64,000 nucleotides of DNA from an uncultured delta proteobacterium (GCA_963803435.1 CAWDML010000005.1:128001-192000), one strand, 5' to 3'; counted from the stretch's first letter, positions 31,195-42,666 are shown. Notes: a model not told the origin generated them from the sequence alone. Numbers and translations are program-made.

Positions 31195-31441
31195 ATGGTC
31201 ACTTTCGATCACGAGAAGCTCGAGGCCTACCAGCTCGCCGTCGAGTATGCCGACATCGCTGAAGAGATCGCACAAGAACTGCAACCCGGTCACGCTCACG
31301 TCCGCGATCAGCTTCGGCGGGCATCCGATTCCATCGTGAACAACACCGCCGAGGGCGCCGGAGAGTTCAATCAAGCTCAAGCGCGTTGTCGAGATGCTCA
31401 CGCGCCTCATCAAGTCGATGAACGCACGCCGGGCTGCATGA
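31195..31441 (+). pseudogene. Four-helix-bundle protein (23S-IVS/Avd-like, TIGR02436-type), 122-bp internal deletion
   Basis: MVTFDHEKLEAYQLAVEY..VRDQLRRASDSIVNNTAEGAG; deletion at ~31372 relative to copy C. Confidence 0.85.
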
Positions 31442-31511
31442 TCGCCATCGGGACCGGGACCGGGACCGGGACCCGGACCGGGCTCGCGGCAGCGCTACGC
31501 GCTACACGCTC

Positions 31512-32931
<1,420 letters not shown>

Positions 32932-32946
32932 CTCATTCCTCCTTTT

Positions 32947-34613
32947 TCAGGTACGGGTCATGTCGAAACCGGGACGGATCTGCTTGCCGTAGAGCGTGAG
33001 CGCGCCCGTCTCGCCGACCGCGTTCGGGCGCTGGAAGATCCAGTTCTGCCACGCGGAGAGCCGGCCGAAGATCTTGGTCTCCATCGTCTCGGGGCCGGCG
33101 AAGCGGAGGTTCGCCTCCATGCCGGTCATGCGCGTCGGGTGAGAAGTTGGCGCGCTCCTCGATCGCGATCCGGACCTCGTCCTCCCAGTCGATCTCGTCG
33201 GGCGCGAAGGTCACCAGGCCCAGCTCGATCCGCGGTCTCGGTGTCGATCCGTCCGCTCTCCGCCAGCACCTCGCCCACGCGTCGGGCTCGCCGAGGAACC
33301 GGGTCTCGAGGCGGGTGAGCCCGTTCGACATGGTCAGCGGTCCGCCGTTCAGCCGCCGAGAGGCGAGGTGCACCGGGTGATCCGGATCCGCGCAGCATGT
33401 AGATGCGGTCGGCGGCGAGCGCGAGCTCGAGGAGCGAGCCGGCGAAGCAGGAGCCGGGCTCGACGAACGCGAAGATCGATCGTGCCGTCGAGATCGAGCC
33501 GCCGCAGCACGCGGCGCATGCGGGTGCAGGACCGCGCGGCCGAGCCAGTCGTTCTGCGCGGCCAGGAGCCCGGCGTCGGCGCGAAGCACGGCGTCGAGAT
33601 CGCCCTCGGCTGTGGAGCGCGACCAGGCCGATGTCGGGCAGCTCGAAGCGGAGGCGGAGCAGCACGATCGTCGAGCTCGCGGACGATGCGGAGCGCCCAG
33701 GCGCGCTCGCCCATCCGATGGAAGCCTTCGCTGTTCTCGGGCTGGGGCTCGTTGGGCGCGCGCAGCGTGAGGTGGCCGATGCGCTGGGCGCGATCGATCG
33801 CCAGCGAGACGAACGCGTACTCGATGCCGTCGTCGACGTACTTCGGCGCGACGGGGCCGAGCACGATGCCGGCGCTCTTCTTCTCGGGCTTGGCGGCGAT
33901 GGCGGCCTGGATCCGCTTGTCCAGGATCGCCTCGGCCACTTCGAGCGCGGCGCCACCTCGTCGACCAGGTTCCACTCCACGGCGCGCTTGCCCTTGATGC
34001 CCTCGGCGATCGTCGAGAAGACGTCGGCGCGGTCGCGGCGGACCTTGCGCTTGTCGACGAGCCGCGTGAGGCCGCCGGTGCCGGGGAGGACGCCGAGCAG
34101 CGGGGCCTCGGGGAAGCTGACGGCCGAGTTGCCGTCGTCGACCAGCACGATCTGGTCGCAGGCGAGGGCCAGCTCGTAGCCGCCGCCGGCCGCGGTGCCG
34201 TTGACCGCAGCGAGGGTGGCGACGCCGTCGAGCGCGGCCAGATCCTCGAGATCGAGGCGCGTCTCGTTCGTGTACTTGCAGAAGTTGACCTTGAAGGCGT
34301 GGGTCGAGCTCCCGAGCATGTAGATGTTGGCGCCGGAGCAGAAGATGCGGTCGATGGCCGAGCTGAGCAGCAGGCAGCGCACCTCGGGGTGCTCGAAGCG
34401 CACGCGCTGGATCGCGTCGGCGAGCTCGATGTCGACGCCGAGGTCGTAGGAGTTCAGCTTGAGGACGTAGTCACCGTCGCGGGCGGCCTGATCCTGCTGC
34501 ACGTTCATCGCGAGCCGGGCGACCGGGCCCTCGAACGTGAGCTTCCAGTGGACGTAATGATCGGGGTGGGTGTCGAGCGGGAGCTTCTCGGGGACGTAGG
34601 ACGCGTGCGCCAT
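32947..34613 (-). CDS. boxC: 2,3-epoxybenzoyl-CoA dihydrolase (several frameshifts)
   Basis: YVHWKL, LKLNSYDLGVDIELADA, FCSGANI, GGGYELALAC, MEANLRFAGPETMETKIFGRLSAWQNWIFQRPNAVG. Confidence 0.93.
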
Positions 34614-34649
34614 GCCGCGGAGGGTACGGGCTCGCGGTTCGACCTGCAA

Positions 34650-34693
34650 GCAATATATCGCTTGTTGGGTCTCCATTGACGCAGTATATTGCA
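34650..34693. promoter_or_regulatory. Candidate BoxR operator in the boxC/boxR divergent promoter
   Basis: Inverted pair GCAATATATCGC (34650-34661) and GCAGTATATTGC (34681-34692); CGCA-N6-TGCA. Confidence 0.5.
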
Positions 34694-34696
34694 TCC

Positions 34697-35425
34697 ATGC
34701 TCGACCTGACTCCGCTCGGGGAGGCGGTGCGCGCGGCCCGCCTGGCCCGGGCGCGTACGCTGCGGGATCTCGCGGACGCGTCGGGCCTATCGATCCGCTT
34801 CCTCTCGGACCTCGAGCGTGGCAAGGGCAACATCTCGATCGCGCGGCTGGCAGAGGTGGCCCGGGCGCTCGAGGTCTCCCTCGGCGAGCTGGTGGCGCCG
34901 CTCGACGCCGAGCGGACGCGGCGCCCGTCCATCGCGCTGGTCGGGCTGCGCGGCGCCGGCAAGAGCACGGTGGGACGCGCGGTGGCGGAGTCGCTCGGGG
35001 TCCGGTTCGTCGAGCTCGACACTGAGATCGAGGCGTCCGCCGGGCTGCCGCTCGATCAGATCTTCGAGATCCACGGCGAGGCGTACTACCGGCGCCTCGA
35101 GCGCGAGGTGCTGCTGCGGGTGCTCGAGTCGGGCAAGCGGGCGGTGATCGCGACGGGTGGCGGTATCGTCACGGATCCCGAGAGCTGGCGGCGTCTGAAG
35201 CAGAAGACGCGGACGGTCTGGCTGCGCGCGGCGCCGGAGGCCCACTACCAGCGCGTGATGGCGCAGGGCGATCTGCGGCCGATGAAGAATCGGCCCTCGG
35301 CGATGGCCGAGCTGCGGGCGCTCCTGACCGCCCGGACGCCGCTCTACGCCGAAGCGGAGATCACCGTCGACACGACGCGTCTCGGGGTCGCGCGCACCAT
35401 CGCCGCGGTCCTCGAGGGGGCGTGA
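34697..35425 (+). CDS. boxR: BoxR/BzdR-type regulator (XRE HTH + shikimate-kinase-like domain)
   Basis: TLRDLADASGLSIRFLSDLERGKGNIS, IALVGLRGAGKSTVG, RVMAQGDLRPM; divergent from boxC. Confidence 0.88.
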   Translation: MLDLTPLGEAVRAARLARARTLRDLADASGLSIRFLSDLERGKGNISIARLAEVARALEVSLGELVAPLDAERTRRPSIALVGLRGAGKSTVGRAVAESLGVRFVELDTEIEASAGLPLDQIFEIHGEAYYRRLEREVLLRVLESGKRAVIATGGGIVTDPESWRRLKQKTRTVWLRAAPEAHYQRVMAQGDLRPMKNRPSAMAELRALLTARTPLYAEAEITVDTTRLGVARTIAAVLEGA

Positions 35426-35599
35426 AGGAAGGCGCAGCCGGTACCTCCGCATACACCAACCCACTGTAACCCACATAAGTCCTCGTTTTTCTTTCGCTTT
35501 TCACGCAACGACGTCCTCGGCCCGCCGAAAAGCTCAGAACCACAACCATGCATGGGGCGGCCAGAGACAGGATGTCTCAGTCACCTCGAAGGAGATTCG

Positions 35600-36088
35600 A
35601 TGGCATTTACGGACGGTGTTGGTGGCAAGAGCCAGGTCGGCGATCTCAGGTTACAGAACCTGGGCCTCCAGCCCGGCGATCCGAGCAGTGCGGGTGGCCT
35701 GAGCACGAAGGAGCTGCTCGAGAAGCTGGTGAAGATGATGCAAGGCCAGCAGGACCCGCAGGCGGCCCAGGGAGGTCAGCAGGGCGGACCCCAGGCGGCC
35801 GGCGGGGCGAAGGGCGCCCAGAACGGCGGAGGCGACAACCAGTTCAGCCTGGAGGAGCTGCTCAAGGAGCTCCAGAAGCGCGCGCAGCTGAATCAGGACG
35901 AGATGGCCAACCAGCTGCGGCAGGTGAGCCGGACCGCGCAGACCCAGGGCAGCAACACGCAGCAGCCGACGCAGGCCGGGATCACGCAGCAGCTCCTGGC
36001 AGCGGCGCCGGCGACGCTCGACGTGGGCAACATGGGGCTCACGATCCCGAGTGGCGGCGGCGGGATGTCCGGCGGCAGCTTCGCCTGA
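35600..36088 (+). CDS. Gly/Gln-rich low-complexity hypothetical protein
   Basis: Strong RBS AAGGAG before ATG 35600; relatively AT-rich upstream region. Confidence 0.75.
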   Translation: MAFTDGVGGKSQVGDLRLQNLGLQPGDPSSAGGLSTKELLEKLVKMMQGQQDPQAAQGGQQGGPQAAGGAKGAQNGGGDNQFSLEELLKELQKRAQLNQDEMANQLRQVSRTAQTQGSNTQQPTQAGITQQLLAAAPATLDVGNMGLTIPSGGGGMSGGSFA

Positions 36089-36124
36089 GCCTGCGGCTCT
36101 CGTCGCCTCGCACCTCGCGCTCAT

Positions 36125-37213
36125 TCAGCTCCAGATCCCGCCGACGCGCCAGCGCTCGAGCTCCTCGTTTCGCTGATCGCGCTCGAGGCACCGCAGCATC
36201 AACGTCACCGCGCGACCTGAGGGCTTGGGGACCTGCGTCTTCGCGTCGATGATGCCGAGATCGGTGATCGCGAGCTTGGGGCGGAGCGTCTCGAGCGGGC
36301 GCTTCCAGATCTCTTGGGCGCGACGATCGAGCTCGCGCCTCAGCGTGAGACCGGAGACAGCGTCGATGTTCTCGTAGCGCTCCTCGTGTGTTCCGAGAAA
36401 GGCGAGCTCGAGCCGATCGGCCGGCGGATCGCTCTGTGCGAGCTGTTGGATCATCACCTCGGCGGTGATGGGCCCGGCGGCGGTGAAGATGCGATCCATC
36501 ATCTGGTTGCGGAGCGAGCGGAGCTGGTTGTCGTTGTGGAGGAGGGATTGGCGCGCGATCTTGTCGGCGAAGCGGAGCCAGTCCTCCTCATGGAAGGCGG
36601 GCTTCGAGGCGGCGACCGCAGTGTCGACCGAGGGCAGCGGGAGCGTGAGCGCGCGCCAGACGCCCTGCATCGGCGCCAGCGCGACCATGACGCGACCGAC
36701 TGGATTCCGCGGCGTGTCGATCCGCATGGCGCAGACCATCGTGCCGGACAGTCGGAGGGCGGCGTCGAGGGCGGCGCCCACGGGACGGGGCAGCTGCGCC
36801 CGGAGCTCGGCCCAGGCGTACGTCCGGATCTGGGCGGGGATCGCCCACACCGAGTCGGCTTTGCGTCCCGAGAGCGTCTCCATCAGCGGGTACGACAGGT
36901 GACAGCCGAGCGTGCCGTCGCCCCAGAGCATCCACACCTCTTCGGCCAGCCGCGGCCGGACCGCGTCGAGGCCGTGGGACAGGAGGCCCTGCACGACGGC
37001 CCGCGCGGTGGACTCGACGACCCGACGGTGTCGCCCGGACATGCGCAGCTCCGGCCACGGCGCCCGCTCCTCGAGCTCGATGAAGGGCGCAGATGGCGCG
37101 TCGACGCCGTAGGCCTTGCGGAGGACGGCGGTGACCCAGCCGGCCCGCGTTCGGCCCGCCTCGGTCACGCCCTCGCCCAGGAGCTGCCCCGAGACCTCCT
37201 CCGGTCGTGCCAC
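36125..37213 (-). CDS. Hypothetical protein
   Basis: Long ORF with ordinary composition; start placed at GTG 37213 to avoid the divergent gene. Confidence 0.65.
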   Translation of the reverse strand: MARPEEVSGQLLGEGVTEAGRTRAGWVTAVLRKAYGVDAPSAPFIELEERAPWPELRMSGRHRRVVESTARAVVQGLLSHGLDAVRPRLAEEVWMLWGDGTLGCHLSYPLMETLSGRKADSVWAIPAQIRTYAWAELRAQLPRPVGAALDAALRLSGTMVCAMRIDTPRNPVGRVMVALAPMQGVWRALTLPLPSVDTAVAASKPAFHEEDWLRFADKIARQSLLHNDNQLRSLRNQMMDRIFTAAGPITAEVMIQQLAQSDPPADRLELAFLGTHEERYENIDAVSGLTLRRELDRRAQEIWKRPLETLRPKLAITDLGIIDAKTQVPKPSGRAVTLMLRCLERDQRNEELERWRVGGIWS

Positions 37214-37262
37214 GCGAACGGAGGTTGACAGTGGAAGCTCGCCCGGTAAAGTCGCGCACCCA

Positions 37263-37622
37263 ATGTCGATGTTGTCCGATTTTCTCAACGAGAACGGCGT
37301 CAAGCCGGAAGACCTGGCGGCCCGTTCGAAGGCGCTCGAGACCCTCGACTCGGGCGACCGAGTGCTGCGCAACAAGCGAACGGCCGCGCGTCGTCTCAAG
37401 AAGACGTACGAGGAGAGCGACGCGAAGAAGCCGGGCTCGCTCGGGCGCGGCGTGACGCTGCGAGTGATCAACTTCGCGCTCGAGGGTCAGCCGATCACGC
37501 GGCTGAACCGCAAGAAGATCGCGCGCGCGGTCAACTCGCTGCTCAAGTCCTCCAAAAAGGAGGAGATCGACTGGCGGAAGCTGTTCACGGACACGCCGTC
37601 GCGCAAGGGCAAGAAGAAGTAA
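37263..37622 (+). CDS. Small basic hypothetical protein
   Basis: 119 aa Lys/Arg-rich; first gene of a tightly packed operon. Confidence 0.75.
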   Translation: MSMLSDFLNENGVKPEDLAARSKALETLDSGDRVLRNKRTAARRLKKTYEESDAKKPGSLGRGVTLRVINFALEGQPITRLNRKKIARAVNSLLKSSKKEEIDWRKLFTDTPSRKGKKK

Positions 37623-38147
37623 GTGTCCGACGAGAAGCCGAAGAAGAGCTGGAAAGAGATCGACGCTCAGCGCGATCGCTCGGGTGGAGGCGGCAAGCGC
37701 CGGGATCCCGATGAGACTGCCCGGGAGCGGGCCAGCCGATCGGCGGCGTACTCGAAGTACAAGTCGCAGCTCGACAAGCTCTTCAAGCCGGGCGGCGCCG
37801 AGCTGCCCGAGGCGATGCGCGACAAGCTCGGCCCCACCTCCGAAGACGACAAGAAGGCCCGCGTGGCCGCGGACGCGCTCCGCAAGGATCCCGGCGAGGA
37901 TACGCTTCGGGCGTACCTGGCGACCGGACAGCCGTTGCCGGACGACCCACGCCTGCTCACCGGCCTGCTCGACGTCCGCGACGACGCCCTGGTGCGTTCG
38001 GTCTTGAGCGCGCTCCTGGAGATGGTCGAAGGCGGCAAGAAGCCCAACCGAATGCTGCTCATCCAGCGTCTCGAGGCGCTCAAGAACCGTACCGAGGACG
38101 ACGAGACGATCGCGCTCGCCGGGACGCTTCGGGCCGCCCTCGACTGA
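37623..38147 (+). CDS. Hypothetical protein
   Basis: KKSWKEIDAQRD N-terminus, helical C-terminus; abuts both neighbours. Confidence 0.75.
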   Translation: MSDEKPKKSWKEIDAQRDRSGGGGKRRDPDETARERASRSAAYSKYKSQLDKLFKPGGAELPEAMRDKLGPTSEDDKKARVAADALRKDPGEDTLRAYLATGQPLPDDPRLLTGLLDVRDDALVRSVLSALLEMVEGGKKPNRMLLIQRLEALKNRTEDDETIALAGTLRAALD

Positions 38148-39082
38148 TGGGTGGATCCTCCGAGCCACTGCTCTCGCTCACCGACGAGGTCGAAGATGCG
38201 ATCGCCGAGCGCCGGCCGATCGTCGCGCTCGAGTCGACACTCCTGGCCCACGGACTCCCCGCCGGCGTGCGCGAAGGCGTGGCGACGCAGCTCGAGGCTG
38301 CGGTGCGCGCCGAGGGCGCTGTTCCGGCCACGATCGCGGTCATCGATGGGCGCGCCCACGTGGGCCTCGCGCCCGAGCTGCGCGCCCGCCTGATCGCCGG
38401 AGACGTGGAGAAGGCCTCGCTGCGCGATCTCTCCGTCGCGCTGGTGAAGGGTGGGGTGTGGGCCACGACGGTGGCGTCGACCATGGCGATCGCTGCGCGC
38501 GCCGGGATCCGGATCTTCGCCACCGGCGGGATCGGCGGGGTTCATCGAGGTGCCGATCGCACGTTCGACGAGTCCGCCGATCTCACCGCGCTGACGCGCT
38601 ATCCCGTGGCCGTGGTGTGCGCCGGCGCAAAGGCTGTCCTCGATCTTCCGCGGACGCTCGAGCGCCTCGAGACGCTGGGCGTCCCGGTGATCGGCGTCGG
38701 CACCTCGGAGCTGCCGGCGTTCTACCACGCGCAGAGCGGCCTCGCGGTGCGCTGCCGGATCGACGATCCGAGCGAGGCCGCGGCGATCATGGATGCGCAG
38801 TTCGATCGATGGGGCGCCGGCGGGTTGCTGTTCGTCCAGCCCCCGCCGGTGACGGCAGCGCAGGACCCGGCGGTTGTGGACTGGATGATCACGGCTGCGT
38901 TGGCTGAGGCCGAGGCCGAGGGGGTCAGCGGCCCGGCGGTCACGCCGTTCCTCCTGGCGCGGCTCGACCGATCCTCCGCCGGGGGCGTCGTTCGCACCAA
39001 TGTGGCTCTGGTGGAGGCGAACGCGCGCCTGGCCGCACGGATCGCCGCCGCCGACGTCGCCTTCCGCGCCGAGGAGGCTTGA
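38147..39082 (+). CDS. psuG: Pseudouridine-5'-phosphate glycosidase
   Basis: VALESTLLAHGLP, ATTVASTM, FATGGIGGVHRG, DESADL, CAGAKAVLDLPRTLERLET, TPFLL. Confidence 0.95.
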   Translation: MGGSSEPLLSLTDEVEDAIAERRPIVALESTLLAHGLPAGVREGVATQLEAAVRAEGAVPATIAVIDGRAHVGLAPELRARLIAGDVEKASLRDLSVALVKGGVWATTVASTMAIAARAGIRIFATGGIGGVHRGADRTFDESADLTALTRYPVAVVCAGAKAVLDLPRTLERLETLGVPVIGVGTSELPAFYHAQSGLAVRCRIDDPSEAAAIMDAQFDRWGAGGLLFVQPPPVTAAQDPAVVDWMITAALAEAEAEGVSGPAVTPFLLARLDRSSAGGVVRTNVALVEANARLAARIAAADVAFRAEEA

Positions 39083-39118
39083 ACGCGGCGTGATCGGCTC
39101 CTAGCATGCCGGCGGCAG

Positions 39119-39715
39119 ATGGGGTCGACAGCGGATATCACGGGTTTCTGGACCTGGTTCAGCGCGAACCACGAGCAGATCCTCGAGATCATGGGCGGCC
39201 GGCGGCCCGGCAAGGTGACGGAGATGCTGGATCGCGCGCTGGAAGCGAATCATCTCAACCTCACCTATGTCGTGACCGAGGGCCTGACCGGCGCCGAGCT
39301 CACGTTCACGCCGGAGGGCGATCCGCAGGTCGCCGCCTTCATCGACAAGCTCGTGGAGGCCGCGCCCAAGCTCGAGACCTGGGTTATCCGCGGCCGGATC
39401 CGGCGCAAGTCGATCAAGGCGGCCATCGCGTTCGTCGAGGCGGTCCACGGCATCGATCTCGCGAACCTCCACTTCAAGGTCCGGCACCTCGACGGCAAGT
39501 ATCACCTCCTGTTCCTGAGCGACGTGCTGATGGCGCTCGACGAGGAGAAGCGCTTCGCGGTGGCGGCCACGTTCCTCGATCACGCGCTCGGCGAGGAGAT
39601 CGCGATGGAGTACGTCGGCAGCGCCGAGTTCTCCGCCAACGTCGCGGGCGGGATCGAGATGGGGCTGGTGATCAACCAGATCACGCGAGAGACGGGCGGC
39701 AGCGGCGATCTCTAG
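39119..39715 (+). CDS. Hypothetical protein
   Basis: FWTWF..LTFTPEG..LVEAAP..LDHALGE pattern; stop TAG within the CTAG of element copy C. Confidence 0.75.
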   Translation: MGSTADITGFWTWFSANHEQILEIMGGRRPGKVTEMLDRALEANHLNLTYVVTEGLTGAELTFTPEGDPQVAAFIDKLVEAAPKLETWVIRGRIRRKSIKAAIAFVEAVHGIDLANLHFKVRHLDGKYHLLFLSDVLMALDEEKRFAVAATFLDHALGEEIAMEYVGSAEFSANVAGGIEMGLVINQITRETGGSGDL

Positions 39716-39801
39716 GAGCGTGTAGCGCGTAAGCGCTCACGCGACCCCGGTCCGGGTCCCGGTCCCGGTCCGGGTCCCGATCTGAAGATGGCTGCCTTGA
39801 G

Positions 39802-40279
39802 TCAGACGCTCGCGACGGTCGCGAGCTTCGATCGGTAGAGCTTGAGCAGGTTGTGGGTGAGGCAGACGAGCGTCCAATCGGTTCGTACCTTGAAGAAGGA
39901 GCGGAGCGAGAACCGGCGGAATCCTCGTGCCCCTTTGATGTGTCCGAGCGCCGGTTCGACGATACTCTTCCTGCGGGCGTAGACCGCCTTGCCGTCGCGC
40001 GTTTGCAACTTGTCTCGCATTCGCTTGCGAGCGAGCGAGGCAGGTGTGGGCTCCGAAGCTGATGAGGACGGAGTCGACGCGTCGTGGTTCTGTTCGCGTC
40101 CAACAGCGATGTGGGCATCGATCTGATTGTTGTCGCAGAATTCGATGTTGGTCGCGCTCAGATAGCCGTTGTCTGCCGTCATCTTCCGCGGAGCATCGCC
40201 GCAGTTGCCGAACACATCACGGAGCATCGGGACGAGGCGTTGCTGATCAGGTGCCTGGTTGCTGACCCCTTCGGCGACA
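39802..40279 (-). pseudogene. IS1182 transposase C-terminal fragment
   Basis: ADNGYLS, YARRKSIVEPALGHIKGARGFRRF..WTLVCLTHNLLKL. Confidence 0.88.
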
Positions 40280-40610
40280 GCTCGCCGTCGAGTATGCCGA
40301 CATCGCTGAAGAGATCGCACAAGAACTGCAACCCGGTCACGCTCACGTCCGCGATCAGCTTCGGCGGGCATCCGATTCCATCGTGAACAACACCGCCGAG
40401 GGCGCCGGAGAGTTCAATCCACCTGAGAAGGCTCGCTTCTACCGGATGGCACTTCGCTCTGGCACCGAAAGCGCCGCCTCACTCCACACCTGCTTGAGGC
40501 GCCGACTCGCCAACGAGCAGAAGGTCCAAGCCGCCAGAGCCAAGCTCAAGCGCGTTGTCGAGATGCTCACGCGCCTCATCAAGTCGATGAACGCACGCCG
40601 GGCTGCATGA
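40278..40610 (+). pseudogene. Four-helix-bundle protein, 5'-truncated
   Basis: QLAVEYADIAEE..QLRRASDSIVNNTAEGAGEFNPPEKARFYRMALRSGTESAASL..VVEMLTRLIKS. Confidence 0.85.
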
Positions 40611-40684
40611 TCGCCATCGGGACCGGGACCGGGACCGGGACCCGGACCGGGCTCGCGGTAGCGCTACGCGCTACACGCTCCTAG

Positions 40685-40917
40685 GGCCGCACGCTCCTGG
40701 AGTGCGTCGACCGGCTCTACCTCAACGGCGACGTGCCGCGGCTGATCGGGGTCGCGCAGCTCAGACAACAGCTCTCAGATCGCAGCCAACGGGCTCTGTT
40801 TCATCAATTCTCCTCCTACGTCCCATTCACTCGAACAACGGTTTCTTCGCCTGCGACGAACCCGAAGCGCTTCAGGCGATCTGCGACAGCTTCAGAGCAC
40901 CGCCCGAAGCCTCCTAG
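40685..40917 (+). pseudogene. Remnant of an uncharacterised IS-associated protein
   Basis: Fragments LECVDRLYLNGDVPRL and NNGFFACDEPEALQAICDSF in different frames, between two CTAG sites; family recalled from memory only. Confidence 0.4.
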
Positions 40918-42605
40918 TACCAGACTCGATCGAGCGCGGCGTCCAGGTCGCCGGTCAAGAGGTCGCCGTGGAACTGCGTCGCGGGGGCGTGAAGGCGTGT
41001 CAACTCCGCTTGCACTTCGCCGGGCGTCCGGGTGCGTGCCTCGAGGTGAACCAGCACGCACAACCAGCCGAGAAGGTTCGAGGCGTCCTCGGGGATCGGG
41101 ACGCGCGCGGCCAGCGCGGCGGCGGCCTCGGGCGTGCCGAGGCGGCGGTGGGCACGGCAGGCGGCGCGGAGGAGGCTGGTCTCGGGGTGGGTCGCGATCG
41201 GATCGTCGCCGGTGATCGCGCGGAGGGCCGGCGCCGGGATCCGGCGATCGAAGAGGGTGGTCCGGTCGTAGAGCCAGTCGAGTGCCTGCTGAGCCAGGCC
41301 GAGCGCCACCAGGCCGCGGGTGAGCGCCGCGGCGTTGAAGCGCCACTGGGTGTCCTCGCCGGGGGGCGTGCTCTCGCTGAGGCGCGCGGCCCAGGCCATG
41401 AAGCCGGGGGCGTCGCCGGCGTGGGCCGAGTCGAGCGCGAGGTAGCAGTACGTGCCCGGGAGGACGTCGCGGAGGGCCTGGGAGCCCTGCTGAAGCGCGA
41501 CGTTCGCGCGCCGGACCTCCACCGCCTCCGCGTGCCGGCCCGCCATGCCGAGGGCTTGCGCGAGCATGCCGCGGCACCGGACCTCGTTGTGGGCGTTGAG
41601 GAACGGGGCCTCCAGGCGCGCGGACAAGGCCGCGATGGAGGCGTCGATCTGGAAGTCGTCCATCGCGCTCAGCCGGCACTCGAGCTCGTAGCGCTCGGCA
41701 GCGTCTCCGCCGATCAGGCGGCGCTGGGCCACCAAGAGCGCCTTCGCCTCGCGGTGGAGGGCGGCGGCGCGGGCGCTCTCGCCGGCGTGGCGGCACAGCG
41801 TGCCCAGCTCGAGGAGCACGCGGGCGCGATCGCTGTCGGACAGATCGTCGAGCGCGAGGGCCTCCAGGTCTGCGATCGCCGATGCGCGGTCGGTCTCGCC
41901 GCGGGCAAGCGGAGCAGAGCCCACGCGAGCGGAGTCGGGTGCGAGGGCCTCGCCCGAACGGGCCCTGCGGGCTCTCTCGATCGTCTGATCCAGCGTGAGC
42001 ACGTGGCGCTCGGGAACGAGTGGGGCCGCTCCGAACACCTCTGCGATCGCGCGCTCGATCGACGAGAGCACGCCGGGCGTCAGGATCGACTTGTCGCCAC
42101 GTTCGGCCTCCGCGATCGCGCGTTTGATCTCGAGGCCCTGCACCGGCGCGATCACGCCGCCGGCCAGCAGTCGCCCGGTGGCGAGGACGGCGTGGCGCGG
42201 CCGTCGCGAGGGCGCGTAGTAGCCGATGAACGCGAGCGTGGCGGGCAGACCGAGGGAGGCGCCAAAGACGGCGAGCCAGTCCTCCAGCTCGAAGCGAAGC
42301 GCGGGCAGGCTCGGCGTACCCAGCGCGGCCCTCGCCACCGCGAGCGCACGATCGCACGCGGCCGCCAGCTCGGGATCGCGGGCGCGGGAGCGGCCTGGGC
42401 TGGGGATGAGCGGGACCGCGGCGCCGAGGCGGTCGTCGAGGGTCACCAGCGCGTAGACCGTGCGGGGCGCGAGGGTCGCGTCGTGGGCCAGGCGCCGGAG
42501 CTCGTTGGCGCGCTGTCCCAGAAGATCGCCGAGGGCATGGATCGCGGATCGCCCCGCCCCCGCTTCGAGCAGCCACTCGGCGACCGTGAGGCGGTGGTCC
42601 CGCAT
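40914..42605 (-). CDS. Lon-type (S16) Ser-Lys protease domain + TPR-like helical protein
   Basis: GASLGLPATLAFIG..ATGRLLAGGVIAPVQGLEIK (Ser-Lys spacing 44); C-terminal TPR-like helices. Confidence 0.7.
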   Translation of the reverse strand: MRDHRLTVAEWLLEAGAGRSAIHALGDLLGQRANELRRLAHDATLAPRTVYALVTLDDRLGAAVPLIPSPGRSRARDPELAAACDRALAVARAALGTPSLPALRFELEDWLAVFGASLGLPATLAFIGYYAPSRRPRHAVLATGRLLAGGVIAPVQGLEIKRAIAEAERGDKSILTPGVLSSIERAIAEVFGAAPLVPERHVLTLDQTIERARRARSGEALAPDSARVGSAPLARGETDRASAIADLEALALDDLSDSDRARVLLELGTLCRHAGESARAAALHREAKALLVAQRRLIGGDAAERYELECRLSAMDDFQIDASIAALSARLEAPFLNAHNEVRCRGMLAQALGMAGRHAEAVEVRRANVALQQGSQALRDVLPGTYCYLALDSAHAGDAPGFMAWAARLSESTPPGEDTQWRFNAAALTRGLVALGLAQQALDWLYDRTTLFDRRIPAPALRAITGDDPIATHPETSLLRAACRAHRRLGTPEAAAALAARVPIPEDASNLLGWLCVLVHLEARTRTPGEVQAELTRLHAPATQFHGDLLTGDLDAALDRVWY

Positions 42606-42666
42606 CCGTGCAGCGCCCACGATAGCGCGGGGCCCCGGCGCGTGCCACTCGGCGGGCGCGGTGGGA

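Larger units (their letters stand above)
39712..40684. mobile_element. IS1182-like/four-helix-bundle element (copy C, 600-bp deletion vs copy B)
   Basis: Same TIRs and CTAG ends as copy B; transposase 3' part fused to the 5'-truncated passenger at a CA microhomology (40278-40279). Confidence 0.92.

Noticed and set aside
35440-35468. hrp-box promoter upstream of the harpin-like gene
   Set aside because: GGTACC-N15-CCACTGT mismatches GGAACC-N15/16-CCACNNA in both halves
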